Positions 37,031-47,445 of a stretch of 64,000 nucleotides of DNA are shown here, in pieces; position 1 is the first letter of the stretch; every line of letters starts with the position of its first letter. The DNA is taken from NCBI GenBank assembly GCA_965249725.1, contig CBDFMQ010000002.1, forward strand, positions 1,056,001 to 1,120,000. The letters are read 5' to 3'. This stretch comes from Longimicrobiales bacterium (GTDB taxonomy: Bacteria > Gemmatimonadota > Gemmatimonadetes > Longimicrobiales > Gaopeijiaceae). Position numbers and translations under genes: made by a program. The notes beneath the pieces are model-generated. The model had not been told where the DNA came from. It searched no databases and was given only the letters and a program-made list of their open reading frames with translations.

Positions 37031-37074
37031 TCGGGGGTTCTCCGTCGGGGCTTCTCCGTCGGGGGTTCTCCGTC
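37031..37074. repeat. 14-bp tandem repeat x3 (TCGGGG[G/C]TTCTCCG)
   Basis: Abuts the metK stop codon. Confidence 0.85.
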
Positions 37075-38251
37075 AGAGACCGACGGCGTCACGCAGGTCG
37101 TCGACGCGGTCTGATCGCTCCCAGGTGAAGAGATCGACCGAGCGACCGTCCTGGAGCGTCTTGCTCTCCGGAGTACGACCAAAGTGCCCGTATGCGGCCG
37201 TCGGCAAGAAGATGGGGTTCCGGAGTCCCAGCTGTTCGATGATGGCTCGTGGCCTGAAGTCGAAGACCTTCTCGAGGGCGGCGGCCACCTGGTCGTCCGG
37301 GCACTTCCCGGTCCCGAACGTATCGACGCGGATAGACACCGGCTCGGCCACGCCGATGGCGTACGCCAACTGGATCTCACACCTCGAGGCGATCCCTGCG
37401 TCGACCAGATTCCGGGCGGCCCACCGGGCCGCATAGGCCGCGGACCGGTCGACCTTGGTCGAGTCCTTCCCGCTGAAGGCACCACCTCCGTGGGCTCCCA
37501 TACCGCCGTACGTGTCGACGATGATCTTTCGTCCCGTCAGGCCCGCATCCCCGTGCGGCCCTCCGATGACGAACCGGCCGGTCGGATTGATGTGGAACGT
37601 GCACGCATCCGGATCCAGGAGATCGGACGGCATCGTCGGCAGGATCACCTCGCGGACAATCGCCTCACGGATCGTCTCGTTGTCCACGTCCTCGGCGTGC
37701 TGCGTGCTGACCACGATGGTGTCGATCGCGACCGGACGTCCCCCCTCGTAGGCCACACTCACCTGGGACTTCCCGTCCGGTCGCACCCACGGCATCGTGC
37801 CGTCATGGCGGACCTGCGCCAAACGCTGGGTCAGGGCATGGGCATAGTGGATCGGCGCCGGCATCAACTCGGCCGTCTCGTCCGTGGCATACCCGAACAT
37901 CATCCCCTGATCGCCGGCCCCACCCGAGTCGACGCCCATGGCAATATGCGCAGACTGTTTGTCGATGGTGGTGAGCACCGCGCAGTGCTGCCCATCGATA
38001 CCGTAACTGGCGTCGTCGTACCCGATATCCAGGATCGTCTTCCGAATCACTTCAGGGAGGTTGGCCTTGGAGTCGGTAGTGATCTCTCCGGCGACGATCG
38101 CCATACCCGTAGTGACGAGCGTCTCACAGGCCACCCGCGACGCAGGATCGTCGCTGAGCATGGCGTCGAGAACGGCGTCCGATATCTGGTCCGCGAGTTT
38201 GTCCGGATGGCCTTCGGTCACGGACTCGGACGTGAATAGATGACGACTCAA
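37073..38251 (-). CDS. metK: S-adenosylmethionine synthetase
   Basis: [37 protein letters not shown] start with GAGGGA SD. Confidence 0.97.
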   Translation of the reverse strand: MSRHLFTSESVTEGHPDKLADQISDAVLDAMLSDDPASRVACETLVTTGMAIVAGEITTDSKANLPEVIRKTILDIGYDDASYGIDGQHCAVLTTIDKQSAHIAMGVDSGGAGDQGMMFGYATDETAELMPAPIHYAHALTQRLAQVRHDGTMPWVRPDGKSQVSVAYEGGRPVAIDTIVVSTQHAEDVDNETIREAIVREVILPTMPSDLLDPDACTFHINPTGRFVIGGPHGDAGLTGRKIIVDTYGGMGAHGGGAFSGKDSTKVDRSAAYAARWAARNLVDAGIASRCEIQLAYAIGVAEPVSIRVDTFGTGKCPDDQVAAALEKVFDFRPRAIIEQLGLRNPIFLPTAAYGHFGRTPESKTLQDGRSVDLFTWERSDRVDDLRDAVGL

Positions 38252-38317
38252 TGGTCCCTCTGAGTTTGGATTCCAACTGAGTAAGGGCCCCAACTCGGGC
38301 CCGCCGAAGCTATTCCG

Positions 38318-40096
38318 TCACTCCGGAAGCGACAAGTTCCAACGGCCCGAGAAAGCGGCGAGATCGACCGATCCGCCGATTCCGTCGACGAGCGCCTGCA
38401 CTACCTCCCGGCCCGTGGTGGCCTCCACGGCCTGCTTCGCGGCCTTCCGCGCATCCTCGATGCGGACGCTGCGGAGCATCTTCTTGACCTCGGGCAGTGA
38501 GGGCCAGGCGACCGACAGCGCGGTGATGTCCAGCCCCAAGAGGAGGAACGCCCCAAGGGGGTTCGCGGCCATTTCACCGCACACGCTGACCTCGATGCCG
38601 GCGCCTTTCCCCACGCGGGATACCTGATCCAGCTGCCTGACGACGGCCGGGTGGAAAGGATTGAAGAGCTTGGCCAGCCGCGCACTGGTGCGGTCGACGG
38701 CGAGCGTGTACTGGGTGAGGTCGTTGGTCCCGATCGAGAAAAAGTCGCTGTGCCGCGCCAACTCGACGGCCTCGAGGGCCGCGGCCGGCGTCTCGACCAG
38801 GATTCCCAACTTGTAGCCCGAGTTGAACGGAATGCCCTGGGAGCGCAGCAGATTTTCCTCCTCTTCGACCATACGACGCACCTGGATGATCTCCTCTACA
38901 TCGTTGATGAGAGGCACCATGATCCGGATGTCGCCGTGGGCCGAAGCACGCAGGATGGCTTTGAGCTGCGTTCGGAAGAGTTCGGGCTCGTCTAGACACA
39001 CACGAATGGCCCGCCACCCGAGGAACGGGTTCTCCTCGGCGGGCATATGCAGGAACATCGGGAACTTGTCCCCGCCCAGATCGAAGGTCCGGACCGTCAC
39101 GACCTGCTTGGGAAAGGTCTCCGCGACCTTGCGATAGGCTTGGTACTGGTCTTCTTCATCCGGCATCTGGTTGCGCCCCACGACCAAGAACTCGGTGCGT
39201 AACAGGCCGACGCCCATGGCACCATGGCTCAGTGCCTTCTCCGCCTCCGCAGGCAGATCGAGATTGGCGCGCAACGCGATCGGACGGCCGTCTTCGGTCA
39301 CCGATTCGAGCTGGGCGATCACTTCGATCTCTGTCTCCCAGGCCTGAATCTGTGTTTCACGAACCTTGAAGACCTCTCGATCGTGTGCGTCGGGATCCAG
39401 AACGACGCGTCCGATCCGCCCGTCTACTATGGCCCGCTGCCCGGATATCGCCTGCCGAGAGATACTGCCCAGCCGGCATACCGTCGGGATCCCCAACGAT
39501 CGCGCGAGCATTACCCAGTGGGCGGTCCGAGTACCCTGATCGGCGGCGATGCCGAGCACGAGCGCAGGGTCCATCTGGACGGTAAGACTCGGAGAGAGAT
39601 TGGGGGTGACGATGATGGCACCCTCGGGCAGACTCGAGAGGTCCGTGGGATCCGAGAGCCCCAGCAACTGATGCAACAGCCGCACCTGCAGGTCCTGGAG
39701 GTCGTTGATGCGGTCCAGCACCATGGGATGTGCCGTGCGGCTCCAAAGCGCCTGAAGTTCGAGCATGCGCCAGTCCAGCGCGCGTGCAGCCGAGAGCCTG
39801 TTTTCACGGATGTAGAGGGTGGCCCCGTCGACGAGCGTGGCGTCCTCGAGCATGAGCAGCTGAGGCTCGAAGATCCTCGCCTCAACACTCCCCAGTCGGA
39901 ACTCGGTCGACTCTTCCAACTCGCGGAGTCTGCCCTTGGCCCACTCGAACACCTCGTGGAGTCTCTCGACCTCCGCCTCGACGGCCTCGGGTTCCACCAT
40001 TCGGTGCGGCACGTCGGGAACACCCCATGTAAGGAGGTGGACCGGACCGGCTCCGATTCCCTCCGAGGCGCCTACGCCGTCAAAGACCTTCGACAC
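38318..40096 (-). CDS. ptsI: PTS enzyme I (phosphoenolpyruvate-protein phosphotransferase)
   Basis: TAH..MLARSLGIP phospho-His motif, GVGLLRTEF, RTFDLGGDK, ENPFLGWR, SIGTNDLTQY, VCGEMA. Confidence 0.95.
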   Translation of the reverse strand: MSKVFDGVGASEGIGAGPVHLLTWGVPDVPHRMVEPEAVEAEVERLHEVFEWAKGRLRELEESTEFRLGSVEARIFEPQLLMLEDATLVDGATLYIRENRLSAARALDWRMLELQALWSRTAHPMVLDRINDLQDLQVRLLHQLLGLSDPTDLSSLPEGAIIVTPNLSPSLTVQMDPALVLGIAADQGTRTAHWVMLARSLGIPTVCRLGSISRQAISGQRAIVDGRIGRVVLDPDAHDREVFKVRETQIQAWETEIEVIAQLESVTEDGRPIALRANLDLPAEAEKALSHGAMGVGLLRTEFLVVGRNQMPDEEDQYQAYRKVAETFPKQVVTVRTFDLGGDKFPMFLHMPAEENPFLGWRAIRVCLDEPELFRTQLKAILRASAHGDIRIMVPLINDVEEIIQVRRMVEEEENLLRSQGIPFNSGYKLGILVETPAAALEAVELARHSDFFSIGTNDLTQYTLAVDRTSARLAKLFNPFHPAVVRQLDQVSRVGKGAGIEVSVCGEMAANPLGAFLLLGLDITALSVAWPSLPEVKKMLRSVRIEDARKAAKQAVEATTGREVVQALVDGIGGSVDLAAFSGRWNLSLPE

Positions 40097-40376
40097 CGTG
40101 CATCTCCTCGAAGCCTCGGGCGACAAGATCGACCAGGACGCGCAGTGCTTCTTCTGCGTCGTCACCTTGGGCTCGAATCACGAGCTGTGATCCCCTCTCG
40201 GCGGCCAACATGAGAACTCCCATGATGCTCTTGGCGTTCACCTCGAGGCCGTCCTTCTCCAACCAGATGTCGCAACCGAACGAGCCGGCCAACCGCACGA
40301 ATTCGGCGGCTGGACGGGCGTGGAACCCCAAGAGGTTCACGACCTCGACCATGCGTTCCATGCGTTCGTCGGTCAT
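40080..40376 (-). CDS. ptsH: Phosphocarrier protein HPr
   Basis: GFHARPA (His15), NAKSIMGV (Ser46); ATGA overlap with the IID stop. Confidence 0.95.
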   Translation of the reverse strand: MTDERMERMVEVVNLLGFHARPAAEFVRLAGSFGCDIWLEKDGLEVNAKSIMGVLMLAAERGSQLVIRAQGDDAEEALRVLVDLVARGFEEMHGVEGL

Positions 40377-41122
40377 GTGGCTCCCATAGCTGTGACGATC
40401 GCGATCACCAGTACCAGTCCGAAGGTGGCGATCCTGAGCACTCGGCGACCGAACCGCAGCCCGACCATGAACCCGACCATAGCCCCGAGCGGCCAGAGCC
40501 ATGCCGTTTCCGCCACCGCAAGTCGGCCCACAACGAGAACACCGACCAGGACGCCCAGAAATAATGTAGCGGCTGTGAAAATCCGCTCTGCCACGCGAGA
40601 CAGGCCCGCTACCTGCAGGCGGCCGGCCACCTCTCGACCACCCTCGATCCCTATCTTGAATGCCCACCATCGGATCACCAGGTGTCCCGCATTGTAGAGC
40701 CCCAGGAAGAGCACCACGGGAACCCAGGGCGGCGCCCCCATCCAGGCAACCGCGAGAGCAACGACCAGCGTGCCCGGCCGCAACGCGCCCCATATCAACG
40801 TATCACCCAATCCGCCGAGGGACCCCTGGATGGCCTCTTTGAACCGGTGGATGGTCTCTGAATCCACCCCCTCGTGCTCCATTCGTGCCACTGCGCCCAG
40901 AGCGATGCCGGACAAATAGGGGTGTGCGTTGAACGACTCCATGTGTCGGCGGGTGGCATCAGACAGCTCCTCTCCCGTGCGTCCACTCCGGCGGAGGAAC
41001 GGGACGAGGGCAAACGCGAAGCCGGATCCGATCATGGACCGGTAATTCCACGATCCCTGGATGGCGAACGACCTCAGGAGGCTCCCGAGCCAGCCGGCCG
41101 GCCACTTCACCGGCGCGCTCAA
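40373..41122 (-). CDS. PTS mannose/fructose/sorbose-family IID component
   Basis: QGSWNY..M...GF, FNAHPY, LGGLGD.L.W; TTGA overlap with the IIC stop. Confidence 0.9.
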   Translation of the reverse strand: MSAPVKWPAGWLGSLLRSFAIQGSWNYRSMIGSGFAFALVPFLRRSGRTGEELSDATRRHMESFNAHPYLSGIALGAVARMEHEGVDSETIHRFKEAIQGSLGGLGDTLIWGALRPGTLVVALAVAWMGAPPWVPVVLFLGLYNAGHLVIRWWAFKIGIEGGREVAGRLQVAGLSRVAERIFTAATLFLGVLVGVLVVGRLAVAETAWLWPLGAMVGFMVGLRFGRRVLRIATFGLVLVIAIVTAMGAT

Positions 41123-41775
41123 ACTAGAAAAGCCCCGATCATCCCCGCCACGGCTCCGACCATGAACACCGTCCGACGAGAGCGCCAACCACCGAACCCT
41201 CTCAGGAGAGCTCCGAGATGGAAGGACGCGCCAATCAAGAGAATTCCGGCGGTCGGGCCGTACCCGAGGGCCCACCACGAGCCGGCTGCTCCTGCGAGCC
41301 AACTCCCACTCCATATGGCGATCGCGGCAACCGCGCACCCGCGGAGGAAGTCCAGTCCCATCAGGCCCAGGTGCGCGGCATCCAGGCCGGCCGGCGTCAC
41401 CGGACCCGCCTCCACTCGACCGATCCATGCGGCGTTCAGGTGTCTCTGGACACCCACCGTCATCCCGCCCAGATCCGATGCGACCAGACCGACGACGGCC
41501 CCGAACACCAAGCCGGGGGCGCCCCCTGTCGATACGGCCACCGCCACGCCGGCTACAGTGCCGGGGCCAGGCTCCGGTAGCCGGGACCCCCCGGAGGGCA
41601 CTCCCGCCAGGTGGAAGAGCTCGAGAAACGCCCCCACCTCCAGGCCGGCCACCGGATCGCCGAGCACCCAACCGGTGAGAACACCCGCCACGAGCGGACG
41701 CGATATCATGAATTGACCCAGCGACGTAGCATCGAGGGCGAGCATGCCACCGAGGGCCGCAAGAAGGGGCGTCAA
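41119..41775 (-). CDS. PTS mannose/fructose/sorbose-family IIC component
   Basis: GQFMISRPLVAG...G..LGD...GL.VGA.LEL....P.GG. Confidence 0.9.
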   Translation of the reverse strand: MTPLLAALGGMLALDATSLGQFMISRPLVAGVLTGWVLGDPVAGLEVGAFLELFHLAGVPSGGSRLPEPGPGTVAGVAVAVSTGGAPGLVFGAVVGLVASDLGGMTVGVQRHLNAAWIGRVEAGPVTPAGLDAAHLGLMGLDFLRGCAVAAIAIWSGSWLAGAAGSWWALGYGPTAGILLIGASFHLGALLRGFGGWRSRRTVFMVGAVAGMIGAFLV

Positions 41776-41779
41776 GTTA

Positions 41780-42259
41780 TCAACTCAGCAGGGACGCCAA
41801 ACCCACGGCCCGGCTGCTCGGCAGGTCGCGCGCCGAGACGACAGCCCCCCGGTCCTCCAACGCCCGTAGGCCAGTCTCGTCTTCAGCGCTGAGAAAGACG
41901 TACGGAAGACGCTCAGTACGCCCCGCAGCATGGTGGACACCACCCAAGTTGACTTCTCTTCCTCGCAACGATCCGTCGGCCGCCAGATCCGCCATGGCCG
42001 CGATCGACCGAGTGAGAATGATCGTCACCTTCGAGTCGGCCTCGAGCTCCGCGAGGCGACCTTGAGCCTCGTTCACAGTGAGGAACTCTGCGGTGGCGTC
42101 GTCGGGGAGACCCAGACGATACAGGTCCTGCTCCCACTCGCTATCGGCAAGCTCGTCATCGGCAACCAGGTAGTGATCCGGCCTCAATTCCGGGCCCCAA
42201 CCCATCACGACCTGGCCGTGGATGAGACGCTCGTCGACGCGAAAGAGAACGACGGGCAT
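41780..42259 (-). CDS. PTS mannose/fructose/sorbose-family IIB component
   Basis: RVDERLIHGQV, VNLGG. Confidence 0.92.
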   Translation of the reverse strand: MPVVLFRVDERLIHGQVVMGWGPELRPDHYLVADDELADSEWEQDLYRLGLPDDATAEFLTVNEAQGRLAELEADSKVTIILTRSIAAMADLAADGSLRGREVNLGGVHHAAGRTERLPYVFLSAEDETGLRALEDRGAVVSARDLPSSRAVGLASLLS

Positions 42260-42260
42260 G

Positions 42261-42656
42261 CTACGGTACGGCCGGAACGCTCTTGACGCTGTCCTTGCCC
42301 TTCTCGAGGAGTCGGGGGACGAGCTGGTCCAGGGGGAGGTCTCGGTGGAAGACGAAATCCAGGAGCATCGGAAGGTTCATTCCAAAGACCACGGCCCGGC
42401 GTCCGTTGTCGCGGCAGGTCAGCTGAGCAGTCAAAGCACAACTCCCTGTGCAGAGGTCGGTGAAAACGACCGTCGGCGCATCACCCACCAGCGCTTCTAC
42501 CTGCTCGGCAAGGCCCTGTGGATTGCATCCCTCGTTGCTGAGCGCCAACAGGGCCCCCTCGTCGAAACCGGCGATCTTACTGACCGCGTCGACCATACCC
42601 TCGGCCATTCTGCCGTGACTGAGCAGCACGCCCCGGACCAGAGGGCCGTCACTCAT
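42261..42656 (-). CDS. PTS mannose-family IIA component
   Basis: LLSHG.MA, FTDL..GS, GMNLPMLL. Confidence 0.9.
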   Translation of the reverse strand: MSDGPLVRGVLLSHGRMAEGMVDAVSKIAGFDEGALLALSNEGCNPQGLAEQVEALVGDAPTVVFTDLCTGSCALTAQLTCRDNGRRAVVFGMNLPMLLDFVFHRDLPLDQLVPRLLEKGKDSVKSVPAVP

Positions 42657-43641
42657 AATCTTGCTCGAGGTACTCCCGGACCGGGCGCATGGCGTCCTGA
42701 AGCCGGTCGTTGAAGGCGGCAGCCGAGTCCACGCCCAGGTACTTGAGGAGGTGGTTCATGGCCACGACTTCCGAGATGACCGTGATGTTCTTACCGGGAT
42801 TCAATGGAATGGTGACCTTGGGCAAAGTGACCCCGAGGATCTCAATATCCTCCTCCTCGAGCCCGGTCCGCGTATACACGGTGTGTTCGTCCCACGTCTC
42901 GAGTTGGACCACGACCTCGATACGTTTTTGCCGACGCGTCGCCCGAATGCCGAACAGGGCTCGGATGTCGACGATGCCGAGCCCACGGATCTCCATGTGG
43001 TGGCCCTGCAGTTCGTGACCCTGACCGAGGAGCATGTCGGGTCCACGCCTCTGCACGATGATGAGATCATCCGCCACGAGCCGGTGACCGCGCTCTACCA
43101 GGTCCAGAACACACTCACTCTTGCCCACTCCGCTACTGCCGACGAAGAGGAGTCCCACACCGTAGACATCGGCCAGCGAACCATGGAGGTGGGTGCGGGG
43201 AGCGAGCACGGAGTCGAGGTACGGCTTGATTCGCCAGTAGAACTCTTTTGTGCTCAGCTTCGAACGGAAGACCGGAATCCCGTGTTCCGTCGCCGCGGCG
43301 AGAAAGATCTCGGAAACGGGGAGGCCCTTGGTCACGAAAGCGGCCGGAATGTCGAAGCTGAAAACGCTCCCGACACGATCCCGCAGTTCTTCGTCCGTAA
43401 GGGACTCGAGGTAGGAGATTTCGGTCTCGCCGAAGACCTGCATACGGCCCTCGGCGAAGCGCTGAGTAAAACCAGAAAGGGCGATGCCCGGACTCGAGAC
43501 ATCCGAGTCCCTCATTTCACGTTCGAGTGAAATGCCAGGATTCAGCAACTCTAGGTGCAGGGATTCTTGTCGATCCTCGAGGAGCCTCTGAACCGTGAGG
43601 CTGACGGTGGTCTCTGGCAGGTCGGCGGAATCCTTGGTCAA
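42649..43641 (-). CDS. hprK: HPr kinase/phosphorylase
   Basis: LHG..DVYGVG, GSSGVGKSE, GHRLVADD, MEIRGLGI; TTG start after GAGGAG. Confidence 0.95.
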   Translation of the reverse strand: MTKDSADLPETTVSLTVQRLLEDRQESLHLELLNPGISLEREMRDSDVSSPGIALSGFTQRFAEGRMQVFGETEISYLESLTDEELRDRVGSVFSFDIPAAFVTKGLPVSEIFLAAATEHGIPVFRSKLSTKEFYWRIKPYLDSVLAPRTHLHGSLADVYGVGLLFVGSSGVGKSECVLDLVERGHRLVADDLIIVQRRGPDMLLGQGHELQGHHMEIRGLGIVDIRALFGIRATRRQKRIEVVVQLETWDEHTVYTRTGLEEEDIEILGVTLPKVTIPLNPGKNITVISEVVAMNHLLKYLGVDSAAAFNDRLQDAMRPVREYLEQDYE

Positions 43642-43648
43642 ACCCGGC

Positions 43649-43975
43649 CTACTCCTCGACTTGAGCCTCTGAGAGCTTGGGCGCCTGGTGATCCCTGCTC
43701 TGCTCATGGCGACGGCGAAGCTGACGCGTCAAACGCTCGACCATCTGGTGGAGGGCCGGACGAAACTCGTCGGCCTCCGCCGACGCGACCACGGGGTCAC
43801 CACGATCGACGTGGACGATTCCTTCGACGGTCTTGGAGCGCTTCCCCTCGTCGAAGATGACCTCTACCGCAGAAACGCGAGGTTCGTACTTGGGGAGTTT
43901 CTTTATGACTTCTTCCGTACGCTCGCGTATCGCATCGGACAGGTTCGTGTGACGTGACGTGATTCGAATTTCCAT
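43649..43975 (-). CDS. hpf: Ribosome hibernation promoting factor (short HPF/RaiA)
   Basis: MEIRITSRH..LSDAIR...KL.KY, ...RQLRR; GGAGG SD. Confidence 0.88.
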   Translation of the reverse strand: MEIRITSRHTNLSDAIRERTEEVIKKLPKYEPRVSAVEVIFDEGKRSKTVEGIVHVDRGDPVVASAEADEFRPALHQMVERLTRQLRRRHEQSRDHQAPKLSEAQVEE

Positions 43976-44054
43976 GCCACCTCCGTAAGGTGTCATCACT
44001 CTGCGGACCGAAGAGACCACAGGGCATTCAGACCCGGATAAGGTACCCAGGGCC

Positions 44055-45167
44055 TCACCTCTCAGCTACCCGTGCATCGAGGAATTGCTCCATCGTACGA
44101 GCCGACGCATCCCAACTGAACTGCTCCGAAAACTCCCGCCCTTGCGCGCCCATCCGAGCGCACAGCTCCTGATCCTCCAGAAGCTGGGCGATACGGTCGG
44201 CCAACCCACCCAGGTCACCGTGAGGAACCAGGTACCCGGTCCGACCGTCGACAACCGAATCGCGTAGCCCCGGTGAGTCGCTGGCCACCGTCGGGGTGCC
44301 GCATGCAGCCGCCTCCAGATTGGCGATGCCCCAGCCTTCCTTGGGGGAGGTGAGGACGTGGATCCAACTCCTGCGGAGCAACTCGATCTTTCGTTCATGC
44401 GGAACGAAACCCAGAAACTCGACACGATCCTCAAGGCCCAGAGTCGTGCGGAGTGCCTCGAGACGCTCGCGATGATCGCCCTGACCCGCCACCAGAAGCC
44501 TACACGGGACGCCTCGCTCGACCAGCATCGCCGCCGCTCGCATGACGAGGTCGACCCTCTTGTACCGCTTCAGGCGCCCCAGGTACAGCAGCGTAGGCTC
44601 TTCGAAGCGATCCTCCGGTCGGCCCGGTGTCAGATCCTCGAGATCCACCCCGTTCGGGATGATCTCGATGAGATGCTCCGGCACTCCACGATGCACCAAG
44701 TCGCGCGCCGTGCTCGCGGACACCGCCGCCGTGGGGATGTCACGGAAGACCCGGGGAATAGGCATCTCCAACAGACAAGTCGCCGCAGCGACGGGCAGCG
44801 ACGCTTCGCGGAACGCCGTGGTCCCGAAGAGGTGGTGCACCAAGAGGGCGATCGGGGCGTCGACCCACCCCGGGGAGAAGAACGGCACCTTGTTGAGATC
44901 CTCCACCACCACGTCGAAGTCGCGATGACGAAGATGGTGCCGATAGTACCGAGGAGCGGCGACCGACAGGGTGTGCCGACCTCCGGTCCTGTGGACCTCG
45001 ATGCCCGCGATGTCCGCCGTGGCCGAGGCGCCGGGCCAACCCGAACAAAGCAGCGTGACCGAGTGTCCCCATTGTACTAATCGTCGGAAGATCTCGAACA
45101 GGTGAACCTCGGCACCGCCGGCCTGAGGGTTGTCGGGATCGAGCCAGTTGAGAACGAGGATGTTCAC
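44055..45167 (-). CDS. Glycosyltransferase family 4
   Basis: GGAE.H, IPNGVD, YLGRL..YK, EGWGIANLEAAACGTP (Ex7E). Confidence 0.93.
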   Translation of the reverse strand: MNILVLNWLDPDNPQAGGAEVHLFEIFRRLVQWGHSVTLLCSGWPGASATADIAGIEVHRTGGRHTLSVAAPRYYRHHLRHRDFDVVVEDLNKVPFFSPGWVDAPIALLVHHLFGTTAFREASLPVAAATCLLEMPIPRVFRDIPTAAVSASTARDLVHRGVPEHLIEIIPNGVDLEDLTPGRPEDRFEEPTLLYLGRLKRYKRVDLVMRAAAMLVERGVPCRLLVAGQGDHRERLEALRTTLGLEDRVEFLGFVPHERKIELLRRSWIHVLTSPKEGWGIANLEAAACGTPTVASDSPGLRDSVVDGRTGYLVPHGDLGGLADRIAQLLEDQELCARMGAQGREFSEQFSWDASARTMEQFLDARVAER

Positions 45168-45182
45168 GAGCCGCACTCCGGG

Positions 45183-45629
45183 TCAGTCGGAGGGTCGCCT
45201 GTATAGCGCGTCGAGCACTCCGTTGACGAAGCCCGGCGAGTCGTTGCCGCTGTACCGCTCGGCCAAACGAACCGCCTCCTGGATCGAGACCTTGGGTGGC
45301 ACATCGTCGAAGTGGGTGATCTCGACGGCGGCGATCCGAAGGATGGCACGATCGAGGATCGAGAGCCGATCCATACGCCAGTTCTCCAGCGCGTCGCCCA
45401 GCACGGTATCGACCTCTGGTCCGTGTGCGTCGAGTGACGTCAGCAATCGGCGAATGTACGGTATGCGCGCAGGTGCAATCCGGCGTGTCGCGAGGGTCTC
45501 GTCCAGGGCCTCGGCCAGGGAGCCCGTCTTGTCAGCGACCTCCCACCGATAGTGGATCTGTAGTGCCCATGCGCGGGCTCGCGTCCGGTCGATCCGCCGC
45601 GGAGTCTCGCGGGTAACGGCCCGAGCCAC
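45183..45629 (-). CDS. nusB: Transcription antitermination factor NusB
   Basis: R.RAR..ALQ..Y, W..DRL..LDRAILR, V.I.EAV.LA.RY, FVNGVLD. Confidence 0.95.
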   Translation of the reverse strand: MARAVTRETPRRIDRTRARAWALQIHYRWEVADKTGSLAEALDETLATRRIAPARIPYIRRLLTSLDAHGPEVDTVLGDALENWRMDRLSILDRAILRIAAVEITHFDDVPPKVSIQEAVRLAERYSGNDSPGFVNGVLDALYRRPSD

Positions 45630-46087
45630 TACTCCTCCAACTCCGCGTACAGCGCAACCATGTGGAGGGCGCTCATCGCGAGCTCACGACCCTTGTCGTC
45701 CTGGTCCCTCGAGGCCCTGGTCCAAGCCTGCTCGTGCGTATCGGTCGTGAGCACCCCGAAGAGGAGCGGCACATCGAGAGTCCGCGCCAGGGCACCGAGA
45801 CCGTAGCTGGCCTCTCCGGCTACATAGTCGAAGTGGGCCGTCTCACCGCGTATGACACACCCGAGAGCGATGATGGCGTCGTGTCTCCCCCCGGCGGCCA
45901 CTCTTCGGGTGGTCTGGGGCAGCTCCCATGCACCCGGCACCCAATAGACGTCCACGTCGTCGGCCATCACGCCGAACTCGCCCAGGCCGGAGCGGCACCC
46001 CTCGAGCATTTCCGTGGTCACGTCGCCGTTGAAACGGGCCGCAATGACGGCGATGCGTGTGCCCTCTATCCGAACCGGATCGGGCAT
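45629..46087 (-). CDS. ribH: 6,7-dimethyl-8-ribityllumazine synthase
   Basis: ARFN, VPGAWELP, LGCVIRGETAHFDYV, FGVLT. Confidence 0.95.
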   Translation of the reverse strand: MPDPVRIEGTRIAVIAARFNGDVTTEMLEGCRSGLGEFGVMADDVDVYWVPGAWELPQTTRRVAAGGRHDAIIALGCVIRGETAHFDYVAGEASYGLGALARTLDVPLLFGVLTTDTHEQAWTRASRDQDDKGRELAMSALHMVALYAELEE

Positions 46088-46158
46088 GTGACTCCCGGAT
46101 TCAGCGCTCCGCACGTCGGAGACCTCCACCCCTTGATCGACTGGTGTGCACGCGGCCT

Positions 46159-47358
46159 CTAGAGCAGATGCCCGAGCTTGGCGCGTTTGGTGTCGAGATA
46201 CCTCTCGTTGTGCTCGCTCGGATCGACATTGAGTGGCTCTCGGCCCGTGACTTCCAGGTTGTACCCTTCGAGCCCGACGATCTTACGTGGGTTGTTCGTC
46301 AGTAGCCGGATCTTGTTGAGACCCAGGTCCAGAAGAATCTGGGCGCCGATCCCATAGTCCCGCAGGTCTGGCTTGAATCCCAGTGCACGGTTGGCCTCGA
46401 CCGTGTCGTGGCCCTGATCCTGGAGCTCGTAGGCCCGGATTTTGTTGTGGAGCCCGATCCCCCGCCCCTCCTGCTTCAGATAGACGATAGCGCCGAGACC
46501 CGCCTCCGAGATTTGACGCATGGCCGCAGTCAGTTGTTGACCGCAGTCACAGCGAGCGGACGCGAAGACGTCGCCTGTGAGGCACTCCGAGTGCATACGC
46601 ACCAGGACATCCTCTTCGCCGGCGATCTCGCCCATCACCAAAGCGACGTGCTCTCGATCGTCCAACTGGTTCTCGTAGGCGATGATGCGAAAGTCGCCGA
46701 ACTCGGTAGGCAACTCCGCTTCCGCCAGCCTGGTGACCAGGCGCTCCTTTGCCAGTCGATGGGCTACGAGTTGGGCCACCGTGATGAACTTGAGCCCATG
46801 TTCCTGCGCATACAGCTCGAGTTGCGGCCGGCGGGCCATGGTCCCGTCGGGATTGAGGATCTCGCAGATGACACCGACCGGCGGAAGGCCGGCCATCCTG
46901 GCCAGGTCGACGGAAGCCTCGGTCTGCCCCACGCGCCGCAGCACGCCCCCGGGACGAGCCCTCAGGGGGAAGATGTGGCCGGGACGTCTCAGATCGCCTG
47001 GGCGGGTATTGGGGTCGACCAGAATCTGAATGGTCTTGGCCCGATCGTGTGCGCTGATCCCCGTCGTGACGCCGAATCGCTGGTGGGCGTCTACCGAAAT
47101 GGTGAACGCCGTCCCTTGGGGGTCGGTGTTGTCGTCCGTCATCAGGGATAGGCCCAACTCCTCCGCTCTGGGCGGAGTGAGAGCCACGCAAATCAGGCCA
47201 CGCCCGAACTGCGTCATGAAGTTCACCGATTGGGGCGAGATCAGAGACGCCGCACAGACCAAGTCCCCCTCGTTCTCACGGTCCTCGTCGTCGGCGACGA
47301 TGATGATCTTGCCCTGTCGGATGTCCTCCAGGGCGGCTTCGACGGAGTCGAACGGCAT
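46159..47358 (-). CDS. ribBA: Bifunctional DHBP synthase / GTP cyclohydrolase II
   Basis: DDEDRENEGD, RPGHIFPL, RMHSECLTGD, CDCG, QEGRGIGL. Confidence 0.96.
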   Translation of the reverse strand: MPFDSVEAALEDIRQGKIIIVADDEDRENEGDLVCAASLISPQSVNFMTQFGRGLICVALTPPRAEELGLSLMTDDNTDPQGTAFTISVDAHQRFGVTTGISAHDRAKTIQILVDPNTRPGDLRRPGHIFPLRARPGGVLRRVGQTEASVDLARMAGLPPVGVICEILNPDGTMARRPQLELYAQEHGLKFITVAQLVAHRLAKERLVTRLAEAELPTEFGDFRIIAYENQLDDREHVALVMGEIAGEEDVLVRMHSECLTGDVFASARCDCGQQLTAAMRQISEAGLGAIVYLKQEGRGIGLHNKIRAYELQDQGHDTVEANRALGFKPDLRDYGIGAQILLDLGLNKIRLLTNNPRKIVGLEGYNLEVTGREPLNVDPSEHNERYLDTKRAKLGHLL

Positions 47359-47445
47359 TCCAGGCAGTCCTCGTTGACGTTGAGCCCCGTGACCCATCGC
47401 TCTCAGTAGAGCGAAGGGCCGTGCCGGCGCACAGAAAGTATAGCG

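Noticed and set aside
40377..41671. Long N-terminal extensions on HPr (237 aa) and IID (432 aa) in the ORF track
   Set aside because: They overlap real upstream genes; coupled ATGA and TTGA starts give normal-sized proteins.
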